Positions 1-12,865 of a stretch of 64,000 bases of DNA are shown here, piece after piece. The DNA comes from Octopus vulgaris (taxonomy: Eukaryota): the NCBI GenBank assembly GCA_951406725.2, contig OX597820.1, forward strand, positions 126,852,001 through 126,916,000, read 5' to 3'. The stretch's first letter is position 1. Each line of letters begins with the position of its first letter. The position numbers and the translations under genes were made by a program. The notes under the pieces are model-generated. The model saw only the letters and a list, made by a program, of their open reading frames with translations. It made no database searches and had not been told where the DNA came from.

Positions 1-259
1 ATGGGTTGGACAGGTCAACTGGGGTCTGTGAAGCTGGAAGGCTTCGTCAGGCCCAGTCAGATCTGGCAATGTTTCTACGGCTGGATGCCCTTCCTATATA
101 TATAATAATAAATATTAGGGAATAAATCCAAATTTACAGGATGTATTGATTAAGTCTTTCCTTGTTTGATTTGCAAAATAGTGGTTTTGTCTCTAATTAA
201 TATTATATATATATATATATATTTAAAAAAGGAGATGTGGAACACGAGTTGTGATATAT

Positions 260-1728
260 AAAAAAAGGAAATGAAGAAAATGCTGACAAAATAATTTAAG
301 TAAGGGAGAGTGTATTTAATTAGGTGAAAGTTCTTTTTACCGGTTGCGCATTTGTTATGCTTATCAAAAGATATTTTTTTAAGAGAGATAGAGTTCCTTT
401 CTGATAGATTTTTTTTCTCTTATCTGACTTTATGTTGGGTTTGCTGTCTCTTATATGTGAAAAAAGAGGCTCCAGAGTTGTTTAAGATTTGCTTGGTTTC
501 GCGCCTAAAATTTCTTGTGGACAATGGTCAATACAATTTTGATTGGTCATTATAAAGGGGTTACTTGAATGTTCGAATGGAAGTTGGTGTTGGGGTAAGA
601 AAATAGGCTCCAGAGATGTTAAAATTTGGCTAGTGTCATGCCTAAAATTTCTTATTGGTCATAATAAAGAGGTCACGTGGATGTGGTCATAATAGAGAGG
701 TCATGTGAATGTTTAGAATGAATGATGGTGTGGGTGGTGTATGGAGTTTTCGAAAATAGCTTTGTTGAAAATTCTTATTGTTCAGGCTGGTCAGTAGACG
801 TCATGTGGATATTTTAAATAGTGTTGGATGTTTTGCACCCGTATCAAATTATAATTTGATACGGGTGCAAAATAATTTGATACAGGTGCAAAACATCCAA
901 CACTATTTTTTGGAAATGACTGTAAATATTGACTTCACACAAACACGTTGCTTCCCGATACAGGCACAAGGCCAGCAGAACTATAAATATTGAAAATTGT
1001 ACCCACACATGCACACATATATACACGCGCGTGCGCCCCAACATACATGTAAACACACACACACACGTGCGCACACATACATGCATATAGCTCTTCCTGT
1101 CCTAAACGAACTTACTTATCCAGCTCAATCAGTCAAGTGGAAAATACACTCCTTAACTACGCGCTAAAAGGCTATTTAAAATATCCACATGACGTCTACT
1201 GACCAGCCTGAACAATAAGAATTTTCAACAAAGCTATTTTCGAAAACTCCATACACCACCCACACCATCATTCATTCTAAACATTCACATGACCTCTCTA
1301 TTATGACCACATCCATGTGACCTCTTTATTATGACCAATAAGAAATTTTAGGCATGACACTAGCCAAATTTTAACATCTCTGGAGCCTATTTTCTTACCC
1401 CAACACCAACTTCCATTCAAACATTTACGTGACCCCTTTATAATGACCAATCAAAATTTTATTGACCATTGTCCACAAGAAATTTTAGGCGCGAAACCAA
1501 GCAAATCTTAAACAACTCTGGAGCCTCTTTTTTCACATATAAGAGACAGCAAACCCAACATAAAGTCAGATAAGAGAAAAAAATCTATCAGAAAGGAACT
1601 CTATCTCTCTTAAAAAATATCTTTTGATAAGCATAACAAATGCGCAACCAGTAAAAAGAACTTTCACCTAATTAAATACACTCTCCCTTACTTAAATTAT
1701 TTTGTCAGCATTTTCTTCATTTCCTTTT
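260..1728. repeat. Long inverted repeat (arms ~260-821 and ~1172-1728) flanked by (TA)n; probable Penelope-like element remnant
   Basis: The arms are reverse complements with only scattered differences (e.g. GGAAATGAAGAAAATGCTGACAAAATAATTTAAG at ~266 vs CTTAAATTATTTTGTCAGCATTTTCTTCATTTCC at ~1691). The right arm translates to EILGAKPSKS*TTLEPLFSHIRDSKPNI, resembling a decayed GIY-YIG C-terminus. Confidence 0.85.
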
Positions 1729-1738
1729 GATATATATA

Positions 1739-1776
<38 letters not shown>

Positions 1777-1806
1777 TATACATACATACGTACACACACA
1801 TATACT

Positions 1807-1966
1807 GGTGCAGGCATGGCTGTATACTAAGAAGCTTGCTTTCCTACCACATGGTTCTGGGTTCAGTCCCACTGCTCAGCACCTTGGGCAAGTGTCTTCT
1901 ACTATAGCCTTGAGCCAGCCAAAGCCTTGTGAGTGGATTTGGTAGACGGAAACTGGAAGAAGTCCG

Positions 1967-1967
<1 letters not shown>
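1807..1967 (+). mobile_element. tRNA-derived SINE family A, head fragment
   Basis: GGTGCAGGCATGGCTGTATACTAAGAAGCTTGC...GGTTCAGTCCC (B box)...CACCTTGGGCAAGTGTCTT; the same sequence recurs many times in the window. Confidence 0.85.
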
Positions 1968-2002
<35 letters not shown>

Positions 2003-4019
2003 ATGCATGTGTGTGTGAGTGTATTTTAATTATACTGTATGTGATTTCTGTACTCTTGTATATCTAAAATCACAACCATGTTGTTGTTATGTTTGTTTGT
2101 TTGGTTGAATAAACAGAAATGAGAGAAAGGAATGAAACAGTTTGTTGTATCTATAAACATCAACTTCCCTCTTCACATAAAGTCTGTTACAATGCTTTAT
2201 GTTTCTCTTATTTGTTACCCTCCTTCATATTATATTGAGTACTTTTATTTTGGTTCCATAAATGATCCTCTGCATACAGACAGGCAAGCAAGATGGCAGT
2301 CTAACAGGCAGACACATACACACACACATACAGAGGCAGGCAAACAGCCAGGTAGACAGAGAGGTAGATTAAGCATAACTCCATAGGAAGTGCAACTTCA
2401 GCAAAAAAATGCTCCAAGGCCTTCATTTGAGTCAAAAAAATTGTGAATTTTCCTTCAAGAAAATCATGATTTGAACAACAGAGCAGAAATATCTTCACAT
2501 TGCATGGAACTATGCATTTTTTGCATGAATACCAGTCTTCTTGGTTTTCAAGCTTGCTCAGAAAAAAAAAGAAAAAATTATTTTTTGCAATGTTTGCAGA
2601 AATATTGTTTTTTAAAAGACTGCTTTGCTTGAATAATTTGAACAAAATGAAATGCAATTTCATGAAAAGAGAACAGTTATTAGAATGACCTCCTTTGTAT
2701 GATGTTTAAAAGCCAAATGCAGTTATAAAGTGAAAAACAAAATAGTCTCATGAGAGCCAGACATGAAATGAAAAATATGAGCTTGAAACAGCCATTTTTA
2801 TACATATTGCTCACCTGACATTTTTAAAAAAGAGAATAAAGATAAGCATTTTCTCAATAGATTTTGTACAATATTTCAAGAAATATATGCAAAAATCAAA
2901 TGATTTAAGAGATAAGCTACGATGGATTACAATTCATGGATTGACTTCTGTAATTTATTGCTTTTTACTGAATTGATAGAAATACCCACAACTTTAGTAA
3001 CGCTTGTCCATGAAGGGATCTGCCACACCCCTGCCTCCATCCCCTTTGACCTGTCTACCTTTCTCCCCTACACTTCATCCCCTAATCCCCATCATTTCTC
3101 TATCACCTAAGAGAAGAGAAGGCACATACTACACCCCACACCCTGCTTTCTCAGTTGCCTTCCCCCAAGCCTCCCACCGCAGACCATTTCCATTTCCCAT
3201 CATCTTTCCCTGCCAACCGTTTCCACCAACCACCACCTTTCCGTACCTTCTTGCATCTCTGTTATTCCCCATCATTAACACCTCCCTCATTTGCAATCAC
3301 ACTCAATGACCTCAAATATCTACTACAACCCCAACCCCAACCCCAAGCCTCTCCTCTATTTCACTCCATCATTTTGTCAGTCTCCTCTATCCTGACCCCC
3401 CCCCCCCCTCAGCCAGTCCAAACTTCTGTATCACCTCACTTATTCTCACCACTCCCAGTGTCCCCTGAGGACATGTCTTGACACATCTCCGCCACTATCT
3501 CTCTCACTATTGCTCTCTTTATTTTACTCTTTCATTCAACCATTCTTTATCTTACTCTCTAACTTGTGCTCCTTTCTCTTGAAGCTGGGATATCCATGTA
3601 TCTACTCTACACTACAACAACATCTCTATCCTTCTCTCTCTCTAACTTTAATCTCTCAAATGGTACAAAACTACTCCACGCTCCCATCTGAGGAGATTTG
3701 TCTTACAAGTTGCTTGGTGACCCTGTCAGTGCTGGTGATGTATAAAAAGCATCCAGTAGACTCTGTAAAGCGGTTGGCCTTATTTAGGACATCCATCTGT
3801 AGAAACCATGCCAAAACTGATGATGGGGCTGGGTACTTTCCCAATCTTACCAGCTCCTCTCAAACAGTTCAACCCATGCCAGCATGGAAAATGGACATTA
3901 AATGATGTGAAAGTGTTCTTACGAGTTTATGTGGTGGTTGTAAACAGTCCACATTTCTGCCAAATAAAGAAGGGAGGTTTATACGAATGCACAGTAGAGC
4001 AAATTCTTTTGTGCTGACA

Positions 4020-4226
4020 TTAAACTTTTGAAATTCAGATTTCTTTGTCAAATGTAATATTTATTTATTCACATTGTTTTGAATTAATCATGAAGGATCT
4101 TGTGACATTGAGATTTTGATAATGTGATTGTATATTTTTGAGTCAATGTGATAGGCCAGGTCTGGCCAGTTTGAACATTAAACTGGTAGAATATTTGGGC
4201 TGGATATTTAAATGTTAAAGGGTTAA
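4020..4226 (+). mobile_element. TTAA-flanked MITE (piggyBac-like non-autonomous), diverged copy
   Basis: Ends AATGTTAAAGGG-TTAA. The internal sequence recurs at ~28832-29046, ~45612-45842, ~51371-51602 (minus) and partially ~28097-28200. Confidence 0.7.
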
Positions 4227-5472
4227 TATGTCATTATAACCACACATGAGTCCTAAGAGAATCAAAAGACTTTGAATGTGAGATGCAGTTTCTTTGTCTA
4301 AAGATCCTTTTGAGTAAACCATGCTGCCAAGCTTTCTAAAGTTTAAAGGAATCAAAAACAGCTAACCTTTTATCATTTATATACATGTGGAGAAAGTGCT
4401 GGTCTATAAACTTTTAGAATGACAAAATAAACACACCATTCCAAATTTTGTTCCAGGTTCAGATAATGATTTCTTTATTACCCACAAGGGACTAAACACA
4501 GAGGGGACAAACAAGGATTAAGTCGATTATATTGATGCAGTGCATAACTGGTACTTCTTTAATCAACGCTGAAAGGATGAAAGGCAAAGTCGACCTCAGC
4601 GGAATTTGAACTCAGAACGTAACGGCAGACGAAATGGTGTAAAGCGAGGTGATCTTGATGTTCCAGTACAGGATTTACTTTGTGGCAATGTTGTCTTTTA
4701 CTTTTAGTAACTCAAAACGAGTGGTTGGCATTACAAAGAGCATCCAGCTGTAGAAACCATGCCAGAATAGACAATGGAACTGCCCAACCCATGCCATCAT
4801 GAAAAACGTTAAATGATGATGATGATGATGATGATAATGACAATGATGATAATGATGACTATATACGTGTGTGTGTGTGTGTCTGTATGTGTGTGTGTCT
4901 GTGTGTGTGTGTGTGTGTGTCTGTGTTTGTGTCTCTGTATTTGTCCCACTACTGCTTGACTACAGGTGTTAGTTTGTTTATAACCCTTGTAACTTGGCAG
5001 TTTTGGCAAAAGAGACTGATAGAATAAGCACAAGGGTTGATTTGATTTGTTTGACTAAAATCCTTCAAGGCCATGCCCCAATATTGCATGATGATGATGA
5101 GGAGGAGGAGGAGGGGGAGGAGGAAAGTGGGTATTTGCATGGAACCTATTCAGTAGATATATAAGCAGGGAAAATCTATTTTTCCAATGATTGCAAAAAT
5201 AGCCTTCATCAATTTTCAAACCTTCCTGAGTTCTCATAAGATGTCTACACCACTTAACATTTCAGAGAAACAGCAAGTTAATCTCTTTAGACACACACTA
5301 AAAATCCAGTAGTTTCACAGAACTGGAGCAATTAATTAGCATACTGTCAGTATTTAACACCTTATTTAATATCAGTGGCCTGTCAACGGAGATCTTAGTC
5401 CACACAGTAGCATGGTATGATATCAGATATACATATATATATATGTATGTACATATATATATAGACATATAT

Positions 5473-5528
<56 letters not shown>

Positions 5529-5595
5529 CTATATATATGTATGTATCTATATGTATGTGTATATTTATATAATACATATGTATCTATGTATACTG

Positions 5596-5633
<38 letters not shown>

Positions 5634-5643
5634 TATTCTTTTA

Positions 5644-6006
5644 TTCTTTTATTCTTTTATGCTTTTACTTGTTTCAGTCATTTAACTGTGGCCATGCTGA
5701 AGCACTGCCTTCAGTTGAACAAATCGACCCCATGACTTACTTTTTGTAAGCCTAGTATTTATTCTATCGATCCCTTTTGCTGAACTGCTAAATTACAGGT
5801 ATGTAAGCACACCAACATAAGTTGTGGGGGGGACAAACATACACACAAATATATACATATTTTCTGTCTACAGAATTCACTCGCAAGGCTTTGGTCAGCC
5901 TGGGGTTATAGTAGGAGACACTTGCCCAAAGTGCCAAGCAGTGGGACTGAACCTGGAACCATGTGGTTGGAAAGCAAGCTTCTTGACAGACACCCACGCC
6001 TGCACC
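5644..6006 (-). mobile_element. SINE family A
   Basis: Reverse complement of family A head plus tail (TTTTACTTGTTTCAGTCATT...CACGCCTGCACC). Other minus copies: ~8462-8822, ~13567-13940, ~49557-49930, ~59622-60170. Confidence 0.85.
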
Positions 6007-6364
6007 TATATATATATATATGTATATATATATATGCTTGAATCTCTTCAATAATCTCATAATAATGACTTTTATGACTTTTATTACTTTTATTACTACC
6101 TCAGTCCATCTAATTGTATATATATCTGTCGTTACCATTCATAAAAAGCCCTTTTTTTCTTTTTTTATTTACAATGTGCATTTTCCTTGACTTTTCTTAC
6201 TTTCCCCTTACATTTCCACATGTAGTTTCTATTTTCTTTTTGTAACGTATTTCTATTATATATATACATATATATATATGTATGTATGTTTGTATGTATG
6301 TACGTATGTATGCATGTATGTATGTATATATATGTATGTATGTCTCTTCTATTTTTTAATTATT

Positions 6365-6688
6365 ATAAATCTTCCACTGAGGAGGGAGCCGGTTTCCAAC
6401 AAAGACACAAGGCTCCATCTTTGGGATGTTGTTAACACAGACAAATTTACATTAGGACCTTGGGAAAAGTCTTGCATATTTCTACTGTTCCGCTCACGGA
6501 TTAGATCTGTAATGTACGAATCAGCCGGTCGTTTTCTCTTTCTGAAAATCTCAGTTTATCCTGATTCTCCTTTAAGCATTTACTAACAAAACCTAGTGCT
6601 CCAATTATTATTGGTATGAATATGAATTCAGAGTCTGGATATGGAAGCTGGAGGTTTCAAAGCAGTTGTCCATAAATATTCTCTCTTG
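6365..6688 (-). mobile_element. 3' fragment of an R4/Dong-type (restriction-like endonuclease) non-LTR retrotransposon
   Basis: Minus strand reads ENIYGQLL*NLQLPYPDSEFIFIPIIIGALGFVSKCLKENQDKL...LQI*SVSGTVEICKTF. PIIIGALG is typical of RLE C-termini. A 3' UTR with a GGAGCC/GGCTCC stem follows. Confidence 0.75.
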
Positions 6689-6727
6689 TATGTATGTATT
6701 TATGTATGTACATATATTTATTCAGTA

Positions 6728-6955
6728 AAGGCAGCGAGCTGGCAGAACCGTTAGCACTCCGGGCGAAATGTGTAGCCGTAGTTCGTCTGTCATTACATTC
6801 TGAGTTCAAATTCCACCGAGGTTGACTTTGCCTTTCATCCTTTCGGGGTCGATAAATAAAATACCACTTTCACACTGGGGTCAATGTAATCGACTTAATC
6901 CCTTTGTCTGTCCTTGTTTGTCCCCTGTTTAGCCCCTTGTGAGCAGTAAAGAAAT
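6728..6955 (+). mobile_element. SINE family B (tRNA-like head plus Meta-domain-like core)
   Basis: GGCAGCGAGCTGGCAGAACCGTTAG...GAGTTCAAATTCC...GCCTTTCATCCTTTCGGGGTCGATAAA. Other copies: ~4470-4635(-), 20935-21149, 25074-25412, 33230-33800(-, stacked), 48601-48832, 58150-58378(-), 63567-63785. Confidence 0.85.
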
Positions 6956-7352
6956 ATATATTTATTCAATAATTAGCCCCTACATTGCATTTTTGAGCAA
7001 AAGCCTTTATATGTGTGTGTGTGTGTGTGTGTGTGTGGCCCCGTGGTTAGGATGCTGCACCCATGGTTGCGAGATTATGGCTTCAATTCTTAGACCAGAT
7101 CATGTGTTCTTAAACAAAGCACTTCATTTCACGTTGCTCTGTGAACACTCCTGACACGTGATGCACCATGTTTCTGTTCCGGCATTGTCAATTTGGTGGA
7201 AAGAATGAGCTAATGTGCACACAAACATTTGATCCCTATAAACAAATCTTTTGTGCAGATTGTTCAGCAAGAACTGAATGCTCATACGTCGGCAGAGTCC
7301 ATCATTTATGTATGTATGTATATGTGTGGGTGGGTGTGTGTGTGTGTGTATG

Positions 7353-7383
<31 letters not shown>

Positions 7384-7630
7384 ACCAGCAGCTGCTGAAA
7401 AGTCCCTAACTCCAAGGGTATTGCACAAAGCCTGCCTGCAGACCAAACCTTCTGAGTTCTTTTACAGGGCTTAGAAAAACTGAAGAACTGCAGGATCTGA
7501 GAGGGGAATAATTTGAATAGAATCATAATCAACTGATCCTCTTGTATGTTTTTTTAACCCAAAGCTGGGAACTTTTCAGTACCCACTCCTGTATGTATGT
7601 ATGTATGTATGTATGTATGTATGTATGTAT

Positions 7631-8113
7631 GACTAAACCAGTAACCCCACCAAGCTTGCTTGGTGAGGAGGATGTTTATTGGACACCCTGCGGAATGAAA
7701 AACAAAACCCGTCAAAGGGCGGAGGAACTCTTGAGAGTCAACAGCCATCCAATATATGTCTTAAGGTTGTATCATGCACGGGGACATAGAAATAATCAGA
7801 CTGAATACCCAATTGCACGGTTAAACCATTGGGAGTGAAGGACTCCTAGCCTTTGTTAGGGCATCCTTCTAGGAGAAGGTAACTCAGGTAACTGGGATAA
7901 CTCCAACATAAAACCTGCGGCTCAGTGGTTACCAATGATGTTGACTTGTTCTTCTTTTCGGATTATGGCTGTTGTTGCTTAGTGAGTGGGATTGACTCAG
8001 TGCACAGCCTTTCCTCACTTTGAAAAAAATCTTCTTGCACAGGCATTGCACGATAACAACATTGATTAAGCCTCGTGCAATGGCCATATTCGATAACGAG
8101 GGGGCAGCCACCA
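7631..8113 (+). mobile_element. Structured non-coding retroposon in a (TGTA)n tract, 5'-truncated copy
   Basis: Nearly identical to 16790-17290; (TGTA)n on both sides; no pol III A/B boxes seen. Confidence 0.75.
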
Positions 8114-8400
8114 TGTATGTTTATATAGATTACTGTTCTCTTGTTAATAGGACTAACGAAAAAGTACTGCATCCGGTGAGAGATAAATGTCAATTAATAT
8201 ACACAGTATTTGAAAATGAGCTACTAAAAGTTTCATGCTGTAGAAACAATAACTGAGCAGTGACCCCTTGTGTCACTGAGCAATCCTTAAACACAAGGCA
8301 TGATATATAAAACTGGCAAATCATTGTGTTTCTACAGATTGAAATTATTTGTATGTGTCTGTGTGTGTGCATAGAGTGAGAGTGAGAGAACACACACACA

Positions 8401-8444
<44 letters not shown>

Positions 8445-10117
8445 AATATTGTCTTTCATCTGGTAATTGTTTCAGTCATTTGACTGTGGTCATGCTGGAG
8501 CACCATCCTGAAAAAATGTGAGCTGAATAAATCAACCTAAGTACTAATTTTCTTAAACCCTGGTATTTATTCTGTTGATCTCTTTTGCCAAACCACTAAG
8601 TTACTGGGACTAACACAGACACAAAGACAAACATATATATATATATATATATATATGTACATACAACTGGTTTCTTTTAGTTTCCATCTACCAAATCCAC
8701 TCACAAGGCTTTGGTCAACCTGAAGCTATAGCAGAAGAGACTTGCCCAAGGTGCCATGCAGTAGGACTGAACCCAGAACCATGTGGTTGGGAAGCAAGCT
8801 TCTTACCACCCAGCTATGCCTATAACATGAAATTTGATTGGTGCAATCTATGAAAATCTTAGCTGTGAAACTAAATAACAAAAACGAAAATATGTTTATG
8901 CTCTACATTTGTTTATTGAGTTCTGTTTCTCCTGTTGGTATTGCCAAACCTATCATTCAACACACACACACACACATACACACACACACACACACACATA
9001 CACATTCAGTGGGAGAGAGAAGGAGAGGGATAGACAGACAGGTAGACAGACATGCACACATAAGCAAATATAAATATTTGTTTATATGACTTATTGCCCC
9101 ATGTTCATACTTATAAGTGTAACAAAAAAGACAGAGTTTTATTTTCTACCGAGATATAGAAGCTGTGAGTATGTGTATGTATCGATGTGTGTGTGTGCAT
9201 ATGTATCTGTGTGAATAAAAAAAGGTAGGACATGTCTGTACATATCATCGATGTCATGTTGGGGGAGGTGTTTCGCTACCGTCTTCGTTCTACTATTTTT
9301 CATAACCATTAAAATATATAGACCAACATTCTTCACAGTGTCTTGAGATCGTCTCTTTAACACCAACCTCAGAGCTCTGACTACTATCCAGATACACACT
9401 CCCCGGGGAGGGGCGGGGTTCATTCTGATTTCGTTCATGCACACACACTCACAAACACACTTACAAACATACACACACATACACACTGAGATGTATACAC
9501 ACATATACAAACACACATACATATGCACATGCACACACATAATACACACAAGCATGTACACACACACACACACACGCACACACACACACAAATTTGTGCC
9601 CCCAGCCACTCACACATGTATATAAACAGACACATACACATAAATACACACAGGCATATACATACCCTCCCCCCCACTTGTACCCTAATATTTGGTTATC
9701 ATTTTGTCTGGGGTCATTTAGTACTTTAGTGGATATATCATTAGAAGGGTAAGGTAGGGGTTAGTGCTTTCACAAACCCCTTTATCTATGAGAAACATCC
9801 ACGTATTTTATGAGGGAGAAGAAAGCAGCTCAGAAGTGTGCTAAATCTATAAATTAATAAATATGGTCGGGTGTCACATTCGTAATAAATCGAGTTCAAA
9901 CGCTTTGATCTTTGATCAACAAAGATTATCAGCCCAATTAGTAGACAAAATTTCCCTTTTGGGGATGTTTAAAATCTAAATACTGGTAAGCAAGGGAAAT
10001 AACTCTAATGAAATTATCTGATGGCAATTTATGGGGAAGAGCAAGATAGACAAGGCAGTTGGGGGGAGCAGGAGTAGATGTAGATTTTTAAAACAAAATG
10101 GTGAAAGCTAGAGACAC

Positions 10118-10520
10118 CATCATCATCGTGTAACGTCCGCTTTCCATGCTAGCATGGGTTGGACGATTTTGACTGAGGACTGGCAAACCAGATGGCTGCA
10201 CCAGGCTCCAATCTTGATCTGGCAGAGATTCTACAGCTGGATGCCCTTCCTAACGCCAACCACTCTGAGAGTGTAGTGGGTGCTTTTTACATGCCACCGG
10301 CATGGGAGCCAGTCAGGCGGTACTGGCAACGACCTCGCTTGGATCCTTTTACACATGCCACCAGCACAGGTGCCAGTAAGGCGACATTGGTAACGATCAT
10401 GCTCGAATGTTGCCCTTTTACGTGCCACTGGCACGGAAGCCAGTTGGCTGCTCTGTCAATGATCATGCTCGTATGGTGCTCTTTGCACCCTGCTACCACG
10501 GACGCCAGTCATCGAATTTG
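10118..10520 (-). mobile_element. Repeat family D (V-domain-like core, internal ~65-bp repeats, (GAT)n tail; RTE-tail related)
   Basis: Reverse complement of GGTTGGCGTTAGGAAGGGCATCCAGCTGTAGAA...AACCCATGCTAGCATGGAAAGCGGACGTT...GATGATG. Copies at ~1-97, 3690-3907, 14320-14520, 14985-15280, 31085-31270, 39850-40012, 40285-40612, 56500-56815, 56870-57108, 60270-60592, 61530-61915. Confidence 0.85.
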
Positions 10521-10579
10521 ATTTTGATTTTGATTTTGCTTTCGATTGGTGTTTATTTTCATGAGTGTGTGCGTGTGTG

Positions 10580-10653
<74 letters not shown>

Positions 10654-10974
10654 TGTGAAGTGTATTTGCCACCTGACTGTGGCGGACCCATAGGGGATGA
10701 TGCTACTGTTGTTTATAGCCCCAGGAAGACATCTCCTCCAGCAGGCTAATGACACACTGTCTGTGTCCGTTTAGTATTTGCAAAGGGAAATCATCATTCC
10801 CATCTCTAGCCTTATGTGATACACACAGACCCAGGTTTCTGGATAGTCACCCATCATGTGACAATCACCAGCTTTCTCTTTATTATAGGCACAAGGCCTG
10901 AATCCAGAGGGGACACACACAAACATGCGGGAACAAAAAACATATGAAAGAAGGAATTACAATGAATTAAATTA

Positions 10975-12100
10975 TAATGAATTTGAGACGGTTTTCTCGG
11001 TCCCACTCCGAGACGAAACCGCGATTACTTTTTTACAATTAAACGTTCTTACAGTCTTTTTTCTTTTTTAGCTTGTTCTTTTTCTTAGTCTTTTTTTTTT
11101 GTATGGTTTTTTTTCTGTTTCCTTTATACATTTTAACAGTCTATTTCCCTCATTTTTTTTATGAAGTACCTTTTACTTACTTATTTTTAAATGTTCATAA
11201 AGGATTTCAAATCTTTTAATTCCACGACCAGTGGGAGCTCGTCAAACTCGATTTCAACCCTCAGCTGGTCTATGAAAAGTCCATACATCTCTCTTAATTT
11301 AAAAAAATCTCTTTATCTATGACTGCTCCTTTAGTATATTCCGGGTATTTTCCTGGCGGCAGCTTTACTCTTATTACCGATTTCTATTTTACAATCGTTT
11401 TCTCTATTTCTTTACTCTTGGAATACCTGACCAAATGCCACTTGTATCTCTTCCTTTTCACTTCTGCCTGCTTCGGGTCCCGTTCTGATCTGTTCGGGCG
11501 TGCAGAAACATCACAACCAATTTTATAAACGCTTCCTTTTTCTCCCTGTTGTAATGCTGCTTTTTCCTGTGTGCCTTCTTTCATCACTGCTTCTGTTGGT
11601 GCTTCACACCTATTTCTCTTTTCTTCCATCACAATCTCCTTTAGCCTTTTCTGACTGTCTGGGGGGAGAATTCACCCGTTCCTTTCTCTTCCTCGTGTTT
11701 ACCACTGTGAAGGGTTCCTCCACTCTATCTGTCTATTTCGTTGGTACTACCTCTTCGGTATTGTTTTCTTCACTTTTCTTCTCCTCTTCGTTTTCCTTCT
11801 CAGGACATCTTTCCCTTTCACGTGCCCCTTTTTGCCCCTTTTTGCCGCATAGAAAGCATGTTGGTGGTCTTCCTTCAACTGTTATTCGAAGTCTGCTGGC
11901 TTCCGGGAGTATTATTTCCTCCGTTATACAATGCAAGTCTTCCAAAGATACCTGCATGGTCACTTCGAGGCTATATCCCCACCAATTGGACTTTGGGGTC
12001 CTCGTTATCTTGAGGATCTCATAAATCATGTGGCTTTTTTATACTTCTTTTATTTTTCTAAATTAAGATAAACAAAGTTCTTTTTTAATCTAAAATATAC
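10975..12100 (-). mobile_element. Degenerate non-LTR ORF1 (gag-like, zinc knuckle) with terminal stem-loop
   Basis: ORF 11733-12029(-) contains RLRITVEGRPPTCFLCGKKGQ...CP (decayed CCHC knuckle), then an E/K-rich linker and ORF 11384-11632. Hairpin CGGTTTTCTCGG/CCGAGACGAAACCG at ~10989-11021. Confidence 0.65.
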
Positions 12101-12113
12101 TCTCCTTCATTTT

Positions 12114-12478
12114 CTATAATGCTCTTCCATCTATGTTAGACTTGCAAGGCCCCCACCCCACCCCCACCCTCTTCCAAAATTCACTTGTCCATGATGAAAA
12201 ATACTCCTCCACTACTGTTCTGACCTCATCTACAGAAGTCATATTTTTTCCATCTAGATGATAATCAGATGGAGTAATATCTGGAGAATATGGTGGGTGG
12301 GGCATTGTTTCCCATTGAAACTGCTCCAGCCTTTGGAATGTCATCCTCACTGTATGTGGCCAAGCATTATCCTGATGGAAGAACACCTTTTGTCTTGAAA
12401 CCAAAGATGCTTGTTTTCCTTCAAGTACTGATTTAAGCCACTCAGGCTGCTCACAGTAGATCTCCTTTATTATCATTT
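12114..12478 (-). pseudogene. mariner transposase C-terminal fragment (DD34D type)
   Basis: Translation contains FFHQDNAWPH...WETMPHPPYSPDITPSDYHL, the hallmark mariner motifs. Confidence 0.9.
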
Positions 12479-12577
12479 GGTTTGGTTGTATATATGTATA
12501 TATATAATGTGACCTCGTGTGTACCGTTGGCGATTTTTTCCTCTGTCTTCCTTTCTCTGGATCTTTCCTTCTCCTAT

Positions 12578-12612
12578 GTTTCCGTCGAAGAGCTCCGCTC
12601 AAAACGTTAAAC
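12578..12612 (+). ncRNA. Degenerate minimal hammerhead ribozyme in a short (TA)n-flanked repeat (~12510-12712)
   Basis: GTTT-CCGTCGA-A-GAGC TCC GCTC-AAAA-CG-TT-AAAC: stems I, II and palindromic III pair, but both core boxes are mutated. Confidence 0.45.
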
Positions 12613-12743
12613 CCTCCTTCTTTCCTTCTTTCCTGAGCATCCAATAATACTATATTTGTTTTACGTCCTCACGTTATTGTGTTTTTTTGTGCTTTCTTGT
12701 TTGGATTAACTGTATATATATATATATGTGTGTGTGTGTTATA

Positions 12744-12782
<39 letters not shown>

Positions 12783-12865
12783 ATGTAGGATAAAATTTTT
12801 TCTAAAAAAAATTTTATCAATGGCCAGCATATTAAAAAATACCTTTAAAGGTTAAATTTATAAAC

